From positions 100,923 through 164,922 of the forward strand of contig MNCI01003125.1 of the NCBI GenBank assembly GCA_015680685.1: DNA of 64,000 nt. The letters run 5' to 3'. The stretch is from Gnetum montanum (Eukaryota; Plantae; Gnetophyta). The position numbers and the translations under genes are program-made. Numbering within the stretch: position 1 is the first letter of the stretch; the number at the start of each line of letters is the position of its first letter. Below, one piece after another: positions 36,301-50,323 of this stretch. Under the pieces are notes generated by a model. It worked only from the letters and a program-made list of their open reading frames with translations, made no database searches and had not been told where the DNA came from.

Positions 36301-39300
36301 GGGGGAGGTCAGGCCAACCCCATCACCATCCCTCCTACCTAGTCCTTCTGGGCCAGTCCATTATCTATCATAGCTCCCTTTGTGATCATGCCTATGCTCC
36401 CACAGCCTACAACTACACTTGTAATGGGTATCCATGTCACCTTCCTAGCGTATCAATGCCCTTATTCCCCTATTTCATTTGCAGCAACTATGCCTCTGCA
36501 AACCGTTCATCAGCCCATTCTTGTAGCACATTACATACAAATCACGGCTACGCTACTGCATGTTCATACTGTACCTACTTCACAGTTGTACGCAACTTCT
36601 GTTTCCCTTCCTACATTCACATTCGTCCCACTAACCACGGCAGGCCCAGGCCCGTCCACATGGTGGACCCCATTCACTTCTTCACCTATTCCGTAATTTT
36701 CGTAGATGTCTCATTATGTTTGCCCTTAGACCTACCAAACCCAGCAAACCATACAACCCAACATGGGGCTATGGTCTGTTCTGCTGGTGACACAAGTGAT
36801 CTATCCAGCAACCCAACCCATGGTTGCCGCTCCAATAGCAGCACCTACCGGGTGGTGGACAACATAAGTAGCACCATTCGCAGGGGCTATCCCAATGGTA
36901 CTGCCGATGGGTCACACTGCCACCCCTTCCATTCCATAGATCTGAGCTACCTTAGAAATTCCCAAATAGTCCACATCGTCGTAGGGTTTGGATCAAGCGT
37001 TCTAGCTTATCCAAACCCTTATCGAGGAAATAAAATTCCTCAAAGCTATCTAATCTAACACAGTACAAGTCATGGACTTTTACCAAGACAACCCTATTAG
37101 CCCTGCAATCCCTAGATTGACATTACCCCTAGGGATGTCCCTCCCCCACTTCACAAAGTACATTGGGGAGGGAGATCTCAATGCACATCTTGTTACCTTT
37201 AGGTCTAAATCCCTTCTATTGCAACAATGGCTGCACATGATTATCCTTGTCTTTGCTATGTCCATAGCTGGGAAAGCCTTGGATTGGTACCTTGTGCTAC
37301 CACACTCATCTATTTCAACCCTAGAGGAGCTACTAACCTAGTTCGTGACACACTTCAAGTATAACTTAAAGGCAGAAACCATGCTGGATCAGTTGATGAG
37401 CATGAAGAAGGATCCTCTAGAACTGGTCCAGAAGTTCATCCAGTGTTGGAGCGCAACCCTTAACAAAATCCACGAGCCCATCACGGAGGACCACTTTCTG
37501 ACCATCTTTAAAGATGCAGTGAATGACTTTATTAAGTCTAAGTTGTACTACCTCACTCCTTGCACTCTTAGTCAATCCTTCGCACAGACCAAGAGTATAC
37601 AGGATGCAGCTAAAGTGAGAAAAGATCCGGCCTACATTACCTACAAACATACCTTCAAAAAGAAGGATAAGGGTAAGGCCCCAACAACCATAGTGGCTGC
37701 TATGGTGACTGAGGCCAAGCCCAAACCTATTAACAATGGTAACAAGAACAAAAAGAAACCAGATGTACCCATAGCTAACCCCGTGCCCAAGTATGGTAAT
37801 GTGCCACAACCTCCAGTACCCGCACCTGAGACATCTGCACAACCCAAACCAAACTTTGAGCATAAAGATCGCTCAAAGTAGACCCCACTACCTCTCAAGC
37901 CTTCAGAACTTTTGAAGCAGCTACTGGTAGCAGGGCACATTCAACATAAGCAGATGTTGGAAGAAGAAATCAGGAGACATCAACGCTACTGTGAGCTCCT
38001 TAGGAACCCCTCTTTGGCCCTACCCAATGAGCCCCCAGTTCCTAAGGATTTCAGGTTAGATAGGTTTTGTGACTACCACCAACAATGTGGTCACAACAAG
38101 GATTATTGTTTGGCGTTGAAGGATGACATTCAAAGGATTATTGATCAGGGGAAACTGATGTTGGATGAAAGCAACCCAATATGCTCTGAGAATCAATCTC
38201 TGCATGTATACATAGACCCCCTCAATGCTAACAACATTAGTTATGTTATCAACACCATCAGCATTGATACTGATCCTATGCCAGCAACCGTTCATGGTTC
38301 ATGTTCCTTAGTGTAGTGCACCAGCATCACCAGTGGTTGGCCAAAGGTCACAACAGCTATTTGTCCTGAGAGTCTATCCTCAGGCATCCACCCCCATGCC
38401 ACCTATTAGCAAAACCATGCCACCCCACCAGTTAACATCGTTAGCTCCGTTTATCATTAGGGGACTGACCCATGAGACAGCCCCCATCCTGTGCAAGATA
38501 GCTAAACAACCTTCTCATCCTAAAAAATGGGTAGTGCATTTTGCAGGTGAGACGTCAAAAGGAAGTACCACCCTTAGTATTTCCAAGCGTACATCTTCAT
38601 CCCCTACATCTATGCCCTCATCACTGAAGAGGGACGTCACCATAACCATACTGTCTATGTCACCATGCCAAGAAGGGTCTAAACCTAGACCTGAAATTGC
38701 CCCTCCTTGAGAAATTTGTCTTCTAGGACAAATAGAAGAGGAGAAAAGGGTTAAAAAGGGGGGTAGCCAGGACCTCTTGGATGCCCTCAGTTAGGTCAAA
38801 AAAGCTCTAAAATAGAAAAGCACTACATTGAGCTTGTACAACCTAATCATGACATCCGTCCCACACTGTGAGGCTCTAATCCACATGTTGACAATGATTC
38901 TGGTCAGCAAAGACATGCTAGCGGAAGAGGAAGTGATCCACTTGGTCATGCTTCCCTCTACACCTACAAAGCCAGAATCATCTCAACTAACTTTCTATGA
39001 TGATGCTATCAGGGAAGATCCCGAAATGGGCCAGGTGACTACAGCACCCCTATTCATCAAAATTTGGGTCAGCCAACATTGGATCTAAAGGGTACAAGTT
39101 GATGATGGGGCTGCCATGAACGTCATCTCTTTCCCTATTGTAGAAAAGTTAGGCTTGGTTGACCAGATCAAACCCACAATGATGTCATGCCTAAGGTCAT
39201 TCAATGGGGCGCGAGTCGTAGTGAAAGGCATGATCCACATAGGCTTCGTGGTAGGGGATTAGTTCCCTACAAACGCGACATTCATCATGGTCGAGGAGAT

Positions 39301-39661
39301 GCTTGGGTTTAACCTGATCTTGGGAAGATCATGGTTAGCACAACTTAGGACTATCTCTTTGTCCATTCACTAGGAAATTCACCTACCATACGTAGGTAGG
39401 GAGGTGGTGATCCATGGTGACAAGGTAGCAGTGCAAGCAAGTAATAACATAGACATGGAGTAGGACTCAGAGGTAGTAACCTCTAAGAATGAAGTGCCTT
39501 CTTACGCATGCACTAATCATCTAGTGGGAGAATCAGCTCAGCAAGCCAGTTACCAAAACGAAAGTGCATGAGCTAAGTTGCCCTTCCATGTGGGGGACAA
39601 TGATGCAAATGAAGGCCCTGGAAAAGCACCTTGGCCTTACATTCCACTCAACCTATGATGG
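36301..39661 (+). pseudogene. gag: gag-protease of C
   Basis: ORFs 37072-38316 carry the gag core and FCDYHQQCGHNKDYC; VQVDDGAAMNV protease at ~39090-39125. Confidence 0.92.
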
Positions 39662-39825
39662 GTCAAGAAGTAGCTATGCATAGCATAGCAACCTCATTGC
39701 TTCCTACCCAGTTGCCATCCTTTGTACATTACCATATTTTGTTGTCTGCATCCATATGTCTACGAAAGTTTCCAGTTAGCTGTTGTTCAAGTTGTTAACG
39801 TATCATCTCTTTAGCATGCTACGTA

Positions 39826-40133
39826 GAGGCCCAAAATGGCCTAAAACTAGCTATGAGCTAAAATGGCCTAAAACTATGCTATGAAGAGGCCTGAAATGGC
39901 CTAAAACTAGCAATGGCCTGAAATGGCCTAAAAATAGCTATGACCCGAAATGGCCTAAAACTAGCTATGGCCCAAAATAGCCTAAAACTAGCTATGGCCC
40001 GAAATGGCCCGAAACTAGCAATGGCCTGAAATGGTCTAAAACTATGCTATGATACAAACCAAAATGCCTTAAAACTAGCTATAGCCAAAAATGGCCTAAA
40101 ACTATCAGTAGCCCGAAATGGCATAAAACTAGC
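39826..40133. repeat. 27-bp array of C (~10-11 units)
   Basis: ggcccgaaatggcctaaaactagc(ta/aa)t units. Confidence 0.92.
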
Positions 40134-40310
40134 ACATAAAAGCATGAACATTTTACACAAAACATAGCATGTAGATAATGCACGAGTTAGCACAAAATCA
40201 ATTTTCATTCCCGAAGTTCTCTTTTCTTTATTCAAAACTATTGTCTTTGAAGCAATGTTTGCAAAAATTTTACAAAAATTAAAAATTTCAAAAAAAAAAC
40301 TCTCATGCTA

Positions 40311-43300
40311 TCATGGGTTGTCTCTGCCTTCATCATCTTCGTCATTCCCTCTTGCATCAACTTCTTTTGCATCGCCTTCCCCTACGTTGTCCCCTGCTGA
40401 CTCTTCATTCCTTCTCTCTATGGGCCCTGCACCCTCATCCGGAGCCTGCATTGTAGAAATGAAGCCGTTAGCTAAAGCAATGCAAGCAAGATATAATAGA
40501 GCATAAGAATTAACACAATAGAAAGCAACCAACCTGAGCTGGACCCATGTCCATATCGAAGGGTATCCAGTCTAAACCGAGCCTAAGGAGGTGCTAGACC
40601 TCCTCTGCCATGATGTCCACCCAATGCTTATTGCTTGGTTTAGCATCTATAGCAACTCTCTCCCTTTTAGCAGTCATCCACCTCGATGGTCCTAGAGAAA
40701 AGGAGACAATTGCTGTCTCTCTTATGGAAAAGTCCACTTTCCAGTTAGGAGATTTTGTAACCTTTAACTACTCTTTGAACTTTGCATAGGCCTCAGAAAC
40801 ATCAATGGCATTTACGAATGCTTTACACATAAATGCCTCCATAGCAATGTCCCTATATAGTTTACGATAGGTGGCATGTTTCAGTTTATACATATGTTTA
40901 TGATTTTTCTGGGATTGCCCCCCATTTGTAAACCTTGGCACTAAAATCTTTGAAATACTGACATTTCTAGGCTAACAAGTCCATTTGCATCTACTGTTCT
41001 ATTATTTCCTAGGTGGCTTCAACATTTTGACGTGCGACTGTTCAAAATTTGGCATAATCTATTATAGCCATGCGTCAATCCTCATTATTAGTATCACGGG
41101 CTATGAGGAATTCGTTCCTTGACTTGAGATCCTCCACCTCGGCGCTCAGGTTGACCTTCTCTTACTTAGCTTTTTGGACCTGTTTCCACAGGTCCTCATT
41201 GATCCACTTATACTCCCACAAGGAGAATGCCGAGTGCAAAGCACATTTGCAAGCCTCTTCGTATGCGCAATGAGACACCTTGTTCACTTCAGGTGGGAAT
41301 GTAGGCATGACACTGACTTTCAAAGATCGTGTCCTATCCCATTTGAGTCGAGAGGCTACCATGACACAAAGAGCATGTTAGTCACATTAGCATAGTAAAG
41401 ATTAACAAATTTGAAAACTCTAGCATAGCAAGATGAGAGAACCTATCACTACTACTTACCTACTTCAAGGTCCACCTGCTGAAGGTGGTTGATCATGTCA
41501 TCGACGATTCCCTGCATGAACGCAAACTTATCAGGGATCTCGGCCCATGATTCCACATGAATTGGAGGGGGTCCTATAGCATCAATAGTGGTGCCTATCA
41601 TATAACTAAATGTGTCAACAATGATCGAAATGGGCTATGATAAGGTAGAAATATTTTTGAACTCACTAGCATCCAATTGCGGCCCCCCTTCCTTCTGATG
41701 CAAAATGATGATGATAGCCTTGGCAGAGGTCCTTGCCAAGTCTGTACAAGCCTCTTTTTCATGTGTTGGTGCCTTTCCTTTTGATAGACCAACATATTTT
41801 TTATTCAAGGGAGACTCCTCTTCATCTCCAAAAATACCTTCCTCATTAGTAGGAAGATTCTACCTAATGACGAGAGCCCCTACCTTAGCGATAGGAGCTC
41901 CTTTCTTCTTGACCAGGGCCGTTTCTTCTGAGACTGGGGCCTCTGTGTCTTAGGGGTCAACACCTCTTCATCACCTTCTTTGTCTTCCTCTTCTTCTTCT
42001 ATCAGCAAAGAAACATGTTTGCATTAGCTCAAAACAAGTTAGCTTAAAGTAGGCGCTACATTATGCTACGCCGTCTAGCATAGCTGGCATTAACAAAGTA
42101 AGTGAATGAATAAACATGAACAAAAGAATTTAACAATGGGGGGCTGCATCCTTTGTAGCTTAAGCTGTAGTATTTGCCCCTCCTCTTCCTCTGTGTGAAG
42201 GGTTTCCTTAGCTAGAGAAGGTCTTATCCACTACAAGTTACTGGCCGTAGTCTCGGCTATGAGAGGCTCCCCCTGTGACACGCTACTGGCTACAGCAGGG
42301 GCATCTCTCCTATGTTTTCTTGGCCATGAAAGTTGTGGGCCATCTGATCCTTAGTTGTTACAGAGAACAACTCCCCAATTATTTCTAGGGGATCTTGGGC
42401 TTGGGTGATCCAAAGGATCTAGTGGATCCACAGTTTGGAAATTTGGTCATGATTTCACATGACCTAGGTTCCATTCTCATGAACTACCAGAAACTCAGTG
42501 AAATGCTTCAGAAAGGCTATGTAAAAGGCATCATGTATATTGGAACGGGACTCAAGTTTCTTATGGAGCCCAAAAATTTCAGCTTGCAAGCCTTTACACA
42601 AAAAATTAGCCTAGTTGTAGCAGGTCCCTTACTTCATGATCTCACGCATTACCTAGGCCTGCTCAATCCCCAAGACCTGCCCTTGGGAAAGCAGCTGGGG
42701 AATGCACAAGCACGAAAGATAGGGTAAACCTCCTTGGCAGGTCCTACTTTAAGCTTCTCCATGGGAAGCCCCTTCTGCTCCTTGGCAATCCTTAACCATT
42801 CCTGAATGTTCTTCTTCTAAAGGGTCAGCTCCTTCCTGGACTTTGACCCTATGAGGACACCATCAGCAAGGATGTTGAAAAGATCTATGAATAGCTAGTC
42901 ATTGATTTCAATGACCACCCATACATCCTATATATGCGTGCAGAAGTAGCTTTCCTTGTTGGAAAAGGAGTTGACCAAGGAGAGCATCTCGACAGTAGGA
43001 ATGCTTGGATTTAGGGCCAGGAATAGATCCATAAGCCTAGCATTTTGGATATTCTAGACCAAGGAGTTTGAAGCTGCACCATTTATCCAGCATTGGCTTG
43101 TATCTACTTCTCTGTACTTAAAGTAGATGTTTGCCTCCTGTGTCTCGATGGTCACCACCATCACCTCCAAGGCCTTTTTCACCTCTATAGCAATTTTCAC
43201 AAGAAATGTTTAGCATAAAAACATAGAAAACATAAAATATTGCAAAGACACTTAGGCATGCATACACTTATTTTTTAGCTTACTAGGTCTGTATGGCAAC

Positions 43301-44756
43301 GGGAACGGTAGAATACTAACTAGAAATTATTCAATAGTGACCGGTTTGAAGGGTGCCCATCCCTCATCCAACCAACCACTCTCCTTGCACCTATTGTAGG
43401 GAATGGGGTATAGGTCCGGGTAGCTATGGTATTCACCCCCGCATTGACCAATCACAATTGCACATAGGTTCTCAGCAGAAGAGAACTGTTGCAGGGCTAT
43501 CTGTGCTATAGTCAACAGACCTGTTTGGTCGTGAAGCCCATCCTTGTTGATGTAAAACCTAGTAACAAAAACATACTATTAGAGTTTGGCTAATATAGTA
43601 AGCGTCGCATAATACAGCAGAATAGGGCTACAAAACTCACCCGCCAACACAGTAGATCTTCCCAGGTGGGTTTTGGAAGCACGTTGCCATATAACGTGCA
43701 ATGAACAATGTGTTGTAACGATGGTAGCAACTGTACTCAGGCATATCCTAGATCCAGGCCAAATGCCTTAACTCTATGAGGCATTAATTGGATCCTTCTC
43801 CCTACCTATTAAAGATTGTCCTATTCGTCAAAAACCTCAGGATGCCTTGGCTTGCCCTAGGCAATAGAAATTCTATTATGATGGCTACCTCTTCCTCCTC
43901 TAAGTATGAACCAGTGATCACACTGAAGTGTTGGAGGAGGTATTGTAGGAACTCGTGTGCTCCTTTCCTGAACTAGACTCCCTGCTCCCCCACACGTATA
44001 TTGGGAGGAGGAACATTGGCCACAGGTTTGCCTACATAACATAGGACCCCTGCAATTTCTAAGATAATCAGAATTGGCCTTAGCCCCATCCTTCACAACA
44101 CACCCAGCAAGTGTTAGCATCATGTCCAAGTGCAATGCATATGCAACATAGCAATACCTAACATTTCATGCATATAGCGTAGCATAACCCTCTTCCCGCA
44201 CATAACGTAGTAAGAACATGAAAGCGATAGTGTAGCAAAAATAGACTAGCATAGCAATATAGGGATTAATTCTAACAGGGCGATTAACAATATGCCCTAA
44301 CAAAACATGTGTCACACTATCACATCACACATGGCCAAGCCCTCCTAAGGGTCCTATGCTATGCCATTCGAAATCCAAGTAACTTAAACTGTCCAACACC
44401 CACCGTTATGGCAACCGCAGCAGTGGTGGTTTAGGTGGCCTTGCATGCAACGTCAACATAGTGTCTGTGCATTCACTGTGGCTGAAATGAAAACAACGAT
44501 GGTGCAAAGGCTAACAAAATGACAACGTGATGATAGAAAACATGAATAACTAAAGCTGAATCATAGAATGAAAGCAGAAAATAAAAAAAATGATAACAGA
44601 ATCATGAGGAAGCAAAGGAAGCATAGAAGCCTACCGGGTCAACGACGTGTCCTCCCATGTCACAATGCTCACTGGTGTCACATGCCCTAGGGTTTTCTTT
44701 ACCTCCTCAATCTTTTCAAGTGCTAAGTGAGTATGTTCTTTCTTTGGAGGCATCAT
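40311..44756 (-). pseudogene. Antisense accessory gene of C
   Basis: MMPPKKEHTHL start; RPILIILEIAGVLC; intron 43559-43640 (GG|GTGAGT..TAG|G); ends GRDNP*. Confidence 0.8.
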
Positions 44757-45270
44757 CCTACTTGTAGAAGTTTCCTCATTACTATGCAAAGAACTACCTT
44801 GCTCGCTGTTAGCACAATTGCTCTATGCTCCAAAATTGCTTTATGCTTCGAATATGGGCTCTTCGCTCTTATGGTGAGAATGACAAGCTTACTAGGGTTT
44901 AATCCCTATTTATAACTATAATGGTGAAAAAGGAAAACTTGCCACACTCTCTCTCCGTTTAATGCAGAGTGAGCCATGCAGTGTAGCATGCTCGCCACAA
45001 CATCGTAGCAGTGTTGGCATTAAAACCTTGGCATGCTTCAAGCTAACTGTTTGCTTTCCCAAAAAATGATATATATATATATATATATTTGTTATGGGTC
45101 CAAAAAGACCTTAAACTAGCAACCCCAGCGTAGCANCTTTAAACTGAAAAAATTTTAATCTTTACATCATACTTCACTAGTTATAGCTTGTCATTGCTTT
45201 ACAAGATTTTGTTATTCAAGATTACTACCAATAGGTGCCTCTTAACCAAGCTTTCATTTCATTCTAATAG

Positions 45271-48200
45271 GTTGGGTAAAATATGGAAATCCATTGCAAT
45301 CTCTCCATGCCTTTAGCTTTAGCAGGTCCACATGGCAAGCTTGCAAGACAATTAAACCCAGACTTGATCAACTGGGGGCCAACCAAAGTTAGCACCATAG
45401 CATCCTTCGAAACATCCCTAGACTGGCCTGAGCATTTAGTGTGGATCCTATATTTAGAGGCCAGGGATGTAACTAAGGACCCTCTTGTCGAGATGCCTAT
45501 GACCACATACAAGGGGGATGTAAAAATGTTAAAACTTAGCTCCCTCTTAGATGCACAAATACATGAAAATGTAGCTAAGATTCTACAAGAAAACATCAAA
45601 GTCTTCGCATGGTCATACAGTGACATGCTAGGTTTAGATCCACAACTGATACCACACAACATTTTCCTAGACCCGCACACGAAGGTAGTCAAGTAGAAAG
45701 CTCATAAGGTTAAACCAAAAATTGCACTAGCTGTAAGAGATGAAATCACCAAGCTATATCAAGCTGGTTTCATCCACATAGCTGATTACTTAGAATGGAT
45801 GTCCAACATCATGGTGGTTTCTAAAAAATGGGAGGGATACAAATCTGTATAGACTTTTGGGATCTAAATAAGGAAACAATCAAAGATGACTTCCTGCTTC
45901 CAAGTATTGATAAACTCATCAACACTACAGTTGGTCATGCTCTATTATCCTTCATGGATGGTTTCTCTGGCTATAACCAAATTTGCATCAACCTAGAGCA
46001 CTAGCTAACAACAACCTTCATGACCCCATGGGGTACCTTTTGTTATGCCATGATGCCTTTTGGGCTCAAGAGTGCTGGGGCAACCTACCAGTGAGCCATG
46101 ACTTACATCTTCAATGACTACATCCTAGAAATGCTAAATGACTAGGTGGATGATATAGCGGTCAAGTCCAAGGAGGCAGCTGATTGCCCACGCGATCTAG
46201 GGATAGTCCTTAAGTGTTGTAAAATGCATGATTTTTTCCTTAACCCTAAGAAGTGTGTCTTTGATGTGAAGACCATATGCATGTTAGGGTTCATAGTATC
46301 AGAGGCCAAAATACGGGTGGACCCTAACAAAGTTAAGGCCATCATCAACCTGGAACCTCCTACAAACTTGAAATAGTTACGTGGGTTGCAAGGTAGGGTA
46401 CAGTTCATCTAAAGGTTTATAGCAAAGTTGATTGACAAGTTACACCCCATGCAACATGTTCTAAAGAAAGGGATTAACTTCGAATGGACAACCCAGTGTT
46501 AAAAGGCCTTCGATTACCTGAAGAAGGAGCTTTTGCACCTCCCAACTATGCATCCTCCATAGAGGGATAAGCTTTTCTTCATCTACCTTGCCACATCTGA
46601 CACATCTATCATAACACTATTATGTTAGAAATGAGATGATGGATCTAAAATACTAGTGTATTATCTAAGTCATGCATTAATAGTGCATGCGGCGAAATGC
46701 AATGAGGTGGAAAGGAATTGTCTTGCCTTAGTATTTGTGTTAAAAAAGTGGAGGCACTACCTATTTCGTAGTACAATTCACATCATTTGCAAAAGAAACA
46801 TACTTCGGGCTATTACTAACAACCTATATGAAAGTAGCAGGATAGCCCAATGGAAAGAAATAGCCAAGGAGTTCTACTTACACTATGTGAGCCAATAGTC
46901 AATGAAGGGTTAAGCCATAGTGACCCAAATCAGAACTTTACCTGTCAATGACTAGGCAACCATAGATCCTGAATTCCCAGACAAGCATGTTGGTACTATC
47001 AACATCATCCCATTGCACCTTGAAGCTACTTTACACTTTGATGGTGCCTCAACCACGTGAGGAGGTAGTGCAACTATTGTCATTATGTTGCCCTCTAGGG
47101 AAATGTACCCGTTTGCTTATCGTTTTGTGTTCCCCTATGCCAACAATGTGGTAGAGTATGAGGGGCTTCTCATAGGCCTCTTAGCTACCAAAACACTACA
47201 CATACAACACCTAGCAATTTGCAGGGATTCACAACTAGTTGTTAATCAAACCACCGAGGTATACGCCTACAAAGCTACGCACCTACAACCCTACTGCAAT
47301 CTAGCAAAAAGCCTACTTAAGCAATTCGCAACTACAGATGTGCAACACTTGCCACACAACGAGAACACCATGGTAGTCGCCTTAGCCACCCTAGCACTAA
47401 ATATCCCACCACACTCATTTTCAAGTCTGTCAACTTCAATTGTTGAATGTACTGATCTTATCACTCAGGTGGGACACATGGCCTCTATCAGTGCTGTGAA
47501 TATTCAAGAGTGGTACGCCAACATTAAAGCCTACCTACAATATAGTGAACCCCCAAGAAAAATAACATCTACCTAGAGAGATGTGATTTGCAAGCATGCC
47601 TGGCAATATACGCTCATGGGAAATGATGCCTTGTGTAGACGTTCCTACGATGGGATATTGCTACCACGTGTGGGTGAGGAGTAGGTGCGGAAGGTAATTA
47701 ATGAAGTACATGAGGGACTATGTGGTCGACACATAACACCTAGGGCTATGACTATCAAAATAAGATGCCTAAGGTACTACTAGTCCCATATGGAGCATGA
47801 CTACTTGTCAAAATTCAAGACGTGTGACATGTGCCAGAGATACGAAAATCTATACACGTCTCACCTATGAACTTACACCCAACGCAAATCACATGGCCTT
47901 TCCAACGATGGGGACTAGACCTCATAGGACCTATCATGCCTAAGTCCTCCATAGGGCATAGCTTCATTATCACTGCCACTGAGTATTTTACTAAGTGGTT
48001 GGAAGCTATCCCCCTGAGGAAGACGACATCTCAATAGGTTTGTCATTTCATTCTAGAAAACATTATGATAAGGTTTGGGCTTCCAATGACTATCGTAACC
48101 AACAATGGACCATAGTTTAGTAGTACGGAAACCCAAACCTTCTATAGTAATGTAGGCATCAGGCAATCATTCTCCTCCCCATATTACCCACAAGAGAATG

Positions 48201-48715
48201 GGCAAGCAGAGGCTATAAATAAGTCCATCATCAACTTGCTTAAGTGGATGCTTAGCAACAGCAAGAGGTGGTGGCACAAGAAAATACTCTATGTTTTATG
48301 GGCTTATAGAATGACACGTTGGACCATGACAAGTAAGAACCCTTATAGTTTCGTTTATGGATCTAAAGCTGTGTTGCCTCTTGAGTTGTAGGTACCGTCA
48401 CTCCAGTTGATCCTATCTGATGTTGTGAGCAAAGACTAGAATAATGAGTCAAGAATTATCGACCTCAATTCAATAGAGGAGGAGCGTGCATAAATTCTAA
48501 GCAGCATAGAGCACTACCAAAGAAAGCAACGATAAAGGAGAGACCTCATCCTCAAGGCCATCCATGAGCATGTGAGCAAATTCTCACCCAACTGCGAAGG
48601 TCCATACATGGTCACCAAAGCCTTTGGAAACAGAGCCTTCAAGCTGGTGGACATGGACAACAATGAGTTTGCAAACTTGGTGAATTACTCATACGTCAAG
48701 CTCTACTACATCTGA
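45271..48715 (+). pseudogene. pol: pol of C (RT-RH-aRH-INT)
   Basis: VFAWSYSDMLGLDPQLIPH, LNPKKCVF, LHFDGAS, NNVVEYEGL, WPFQRWGLDLIGP. Confidence 0.95.
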
Positions 48716-50323
48716 AGCATGAACACTATAAGCATTGTCTACTATGACGTAAAATTGGCACAGCTCGTCTGCTATGATGTAAAACTGGCAAAGTTGACAA
48801 TCATCCGCTACGATGTAAAACTGGCACCTACAGTCTGCTGGGACCTTAAACTAGCACAACTCATTTGCTATGACATAAAATTGGCATAGCTTGTATGCTA
48901 CGATGTAAAACTAGCACAACACATCTGCTATGATATTAAACTAGCACATATGGTCTGCTGGGACCTTAAACCAGTACATGGTCTACCAAGATCTTAAACT
49001 AGATTTACGACACTCCCCAGCATGCACCTACACTAATCACACCATCAAGCAAGCATGCACAATGCTAATGTGGGGTGGAACGTTGTAGTTCCAGGATGCA
49101 GTCCACGATGCACTGAGAACACGATCTGGAACATATGCAATGTTGCTAGCCCTTGCATCTTATTGATCCCCTGGAGGTGTCGTATGACGTCTCACTAACC
49201 CCCTAGACCTACTGTTGCCATGAACCATTACCCTAATGGTAGTTCCTTGGTTAGTGCCTACTGCTGGAGTTCCTGCAGTATTGTGGCCTAGCCAAAATAT
49301 TATTACCCTCTAGATCCCTACTAGCGTCTAGGCTCAAGCGACATTTAGCTATGTGATAGCTGATCCCATAGTTGAACTAAGCATGCATGCCTTTGGTAGA
49401 GATTCTAGAGCATCCGCACTCATAGAAACTCCCTGCTCCTTTGATGCTGGCTCCTCCATGTTGATGTTGCCAAGGCCGCTGCTGGCCTTTCTAGTTTGGA
49501 CACCATACACTAGCAAAGGTGTCCAAGAGCTTCAACAACATCTACAGTAAGCAAGACCTTTGCCCTCATTTTGCATCATGGCTATTTTGCTCTCTATCGT
49601 GTTTGTAGGTTGCGGCCAAAGGTGCGTCTCGCCACAGTAGCAAATGCTACAGCATTGTGAAGTGGTTTTCTTAGCTAGCTTAGCTACCTTAGAGTGCACA
49701 TCCTGCCCTACCATCTATGCCCCTTCCCTTTACCTTGCTTCTCACATCCACAATTCCTACTTGTGCCCCTCTTTTACAAGCTTTTTCCAATGCCTATTAA
49801 GCCCTTCTATTTGCTCAACTGCAAAGTTCATGATGTGCATAACATAGCTTGCCACATGGGAAGCATTTGTAGGTAGGTTAAAGCCCCCACGTGGATGTAA
49901 CACAACTCATCCAGGGAAAGAAACACCTATCCTACAGCAAGGTTATTCGAAAATGTAAATGGAAAAACAACAAAGGACAAAAGTGTAAGAGAGCATAAGC
50001 CATTTCACAATCACCCTTCTCACACGTTCCAACAAAGAGGTAGAAGGTCAAAAAAAGTAAAGATGAAAATGCAAATGACTCCCTCATGAGCACTTTGATG
50101 AGGGACTCTACTAAGCCTAGTCTTTATCCTTTTCCTAAGCATCTTTTCTCCCTACTTTGCCCTTTCCCCTTGCAAAAAACCAATGCAACACTCTCAAGCA
50201 CAGCTAAGCGACATCTTGATGATCATTGAACAACAATGTTAGTGTTTTGTCTTCTATGGTGTTTTCTATTCTTTGTCAACATCTATCGGGCTCCTCCTCC
50301 AGATGTCGACAAAGAGGAACCAA

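Larger units (their letters stand above)
39662..45270 (+). other. Putative PR/RT intron of C
   Basis: TGG|GTCAAG ... cttaac..ctttcatttcattctaatag|GTT, in frame with ORF 45283-45696. Confidence 0.6.

Noticed and set aside
39826-40133. 27-bp and 30-bp arrays as CRISPR
   Set aside because: Head-to-tail repeats without unique spacers, no cas genes, eukaryotic TE context
45121-45150. Apparent ~270-bp deletion in C relative to A
   Set aside because: Coincides with an N at 45136; assembly gap
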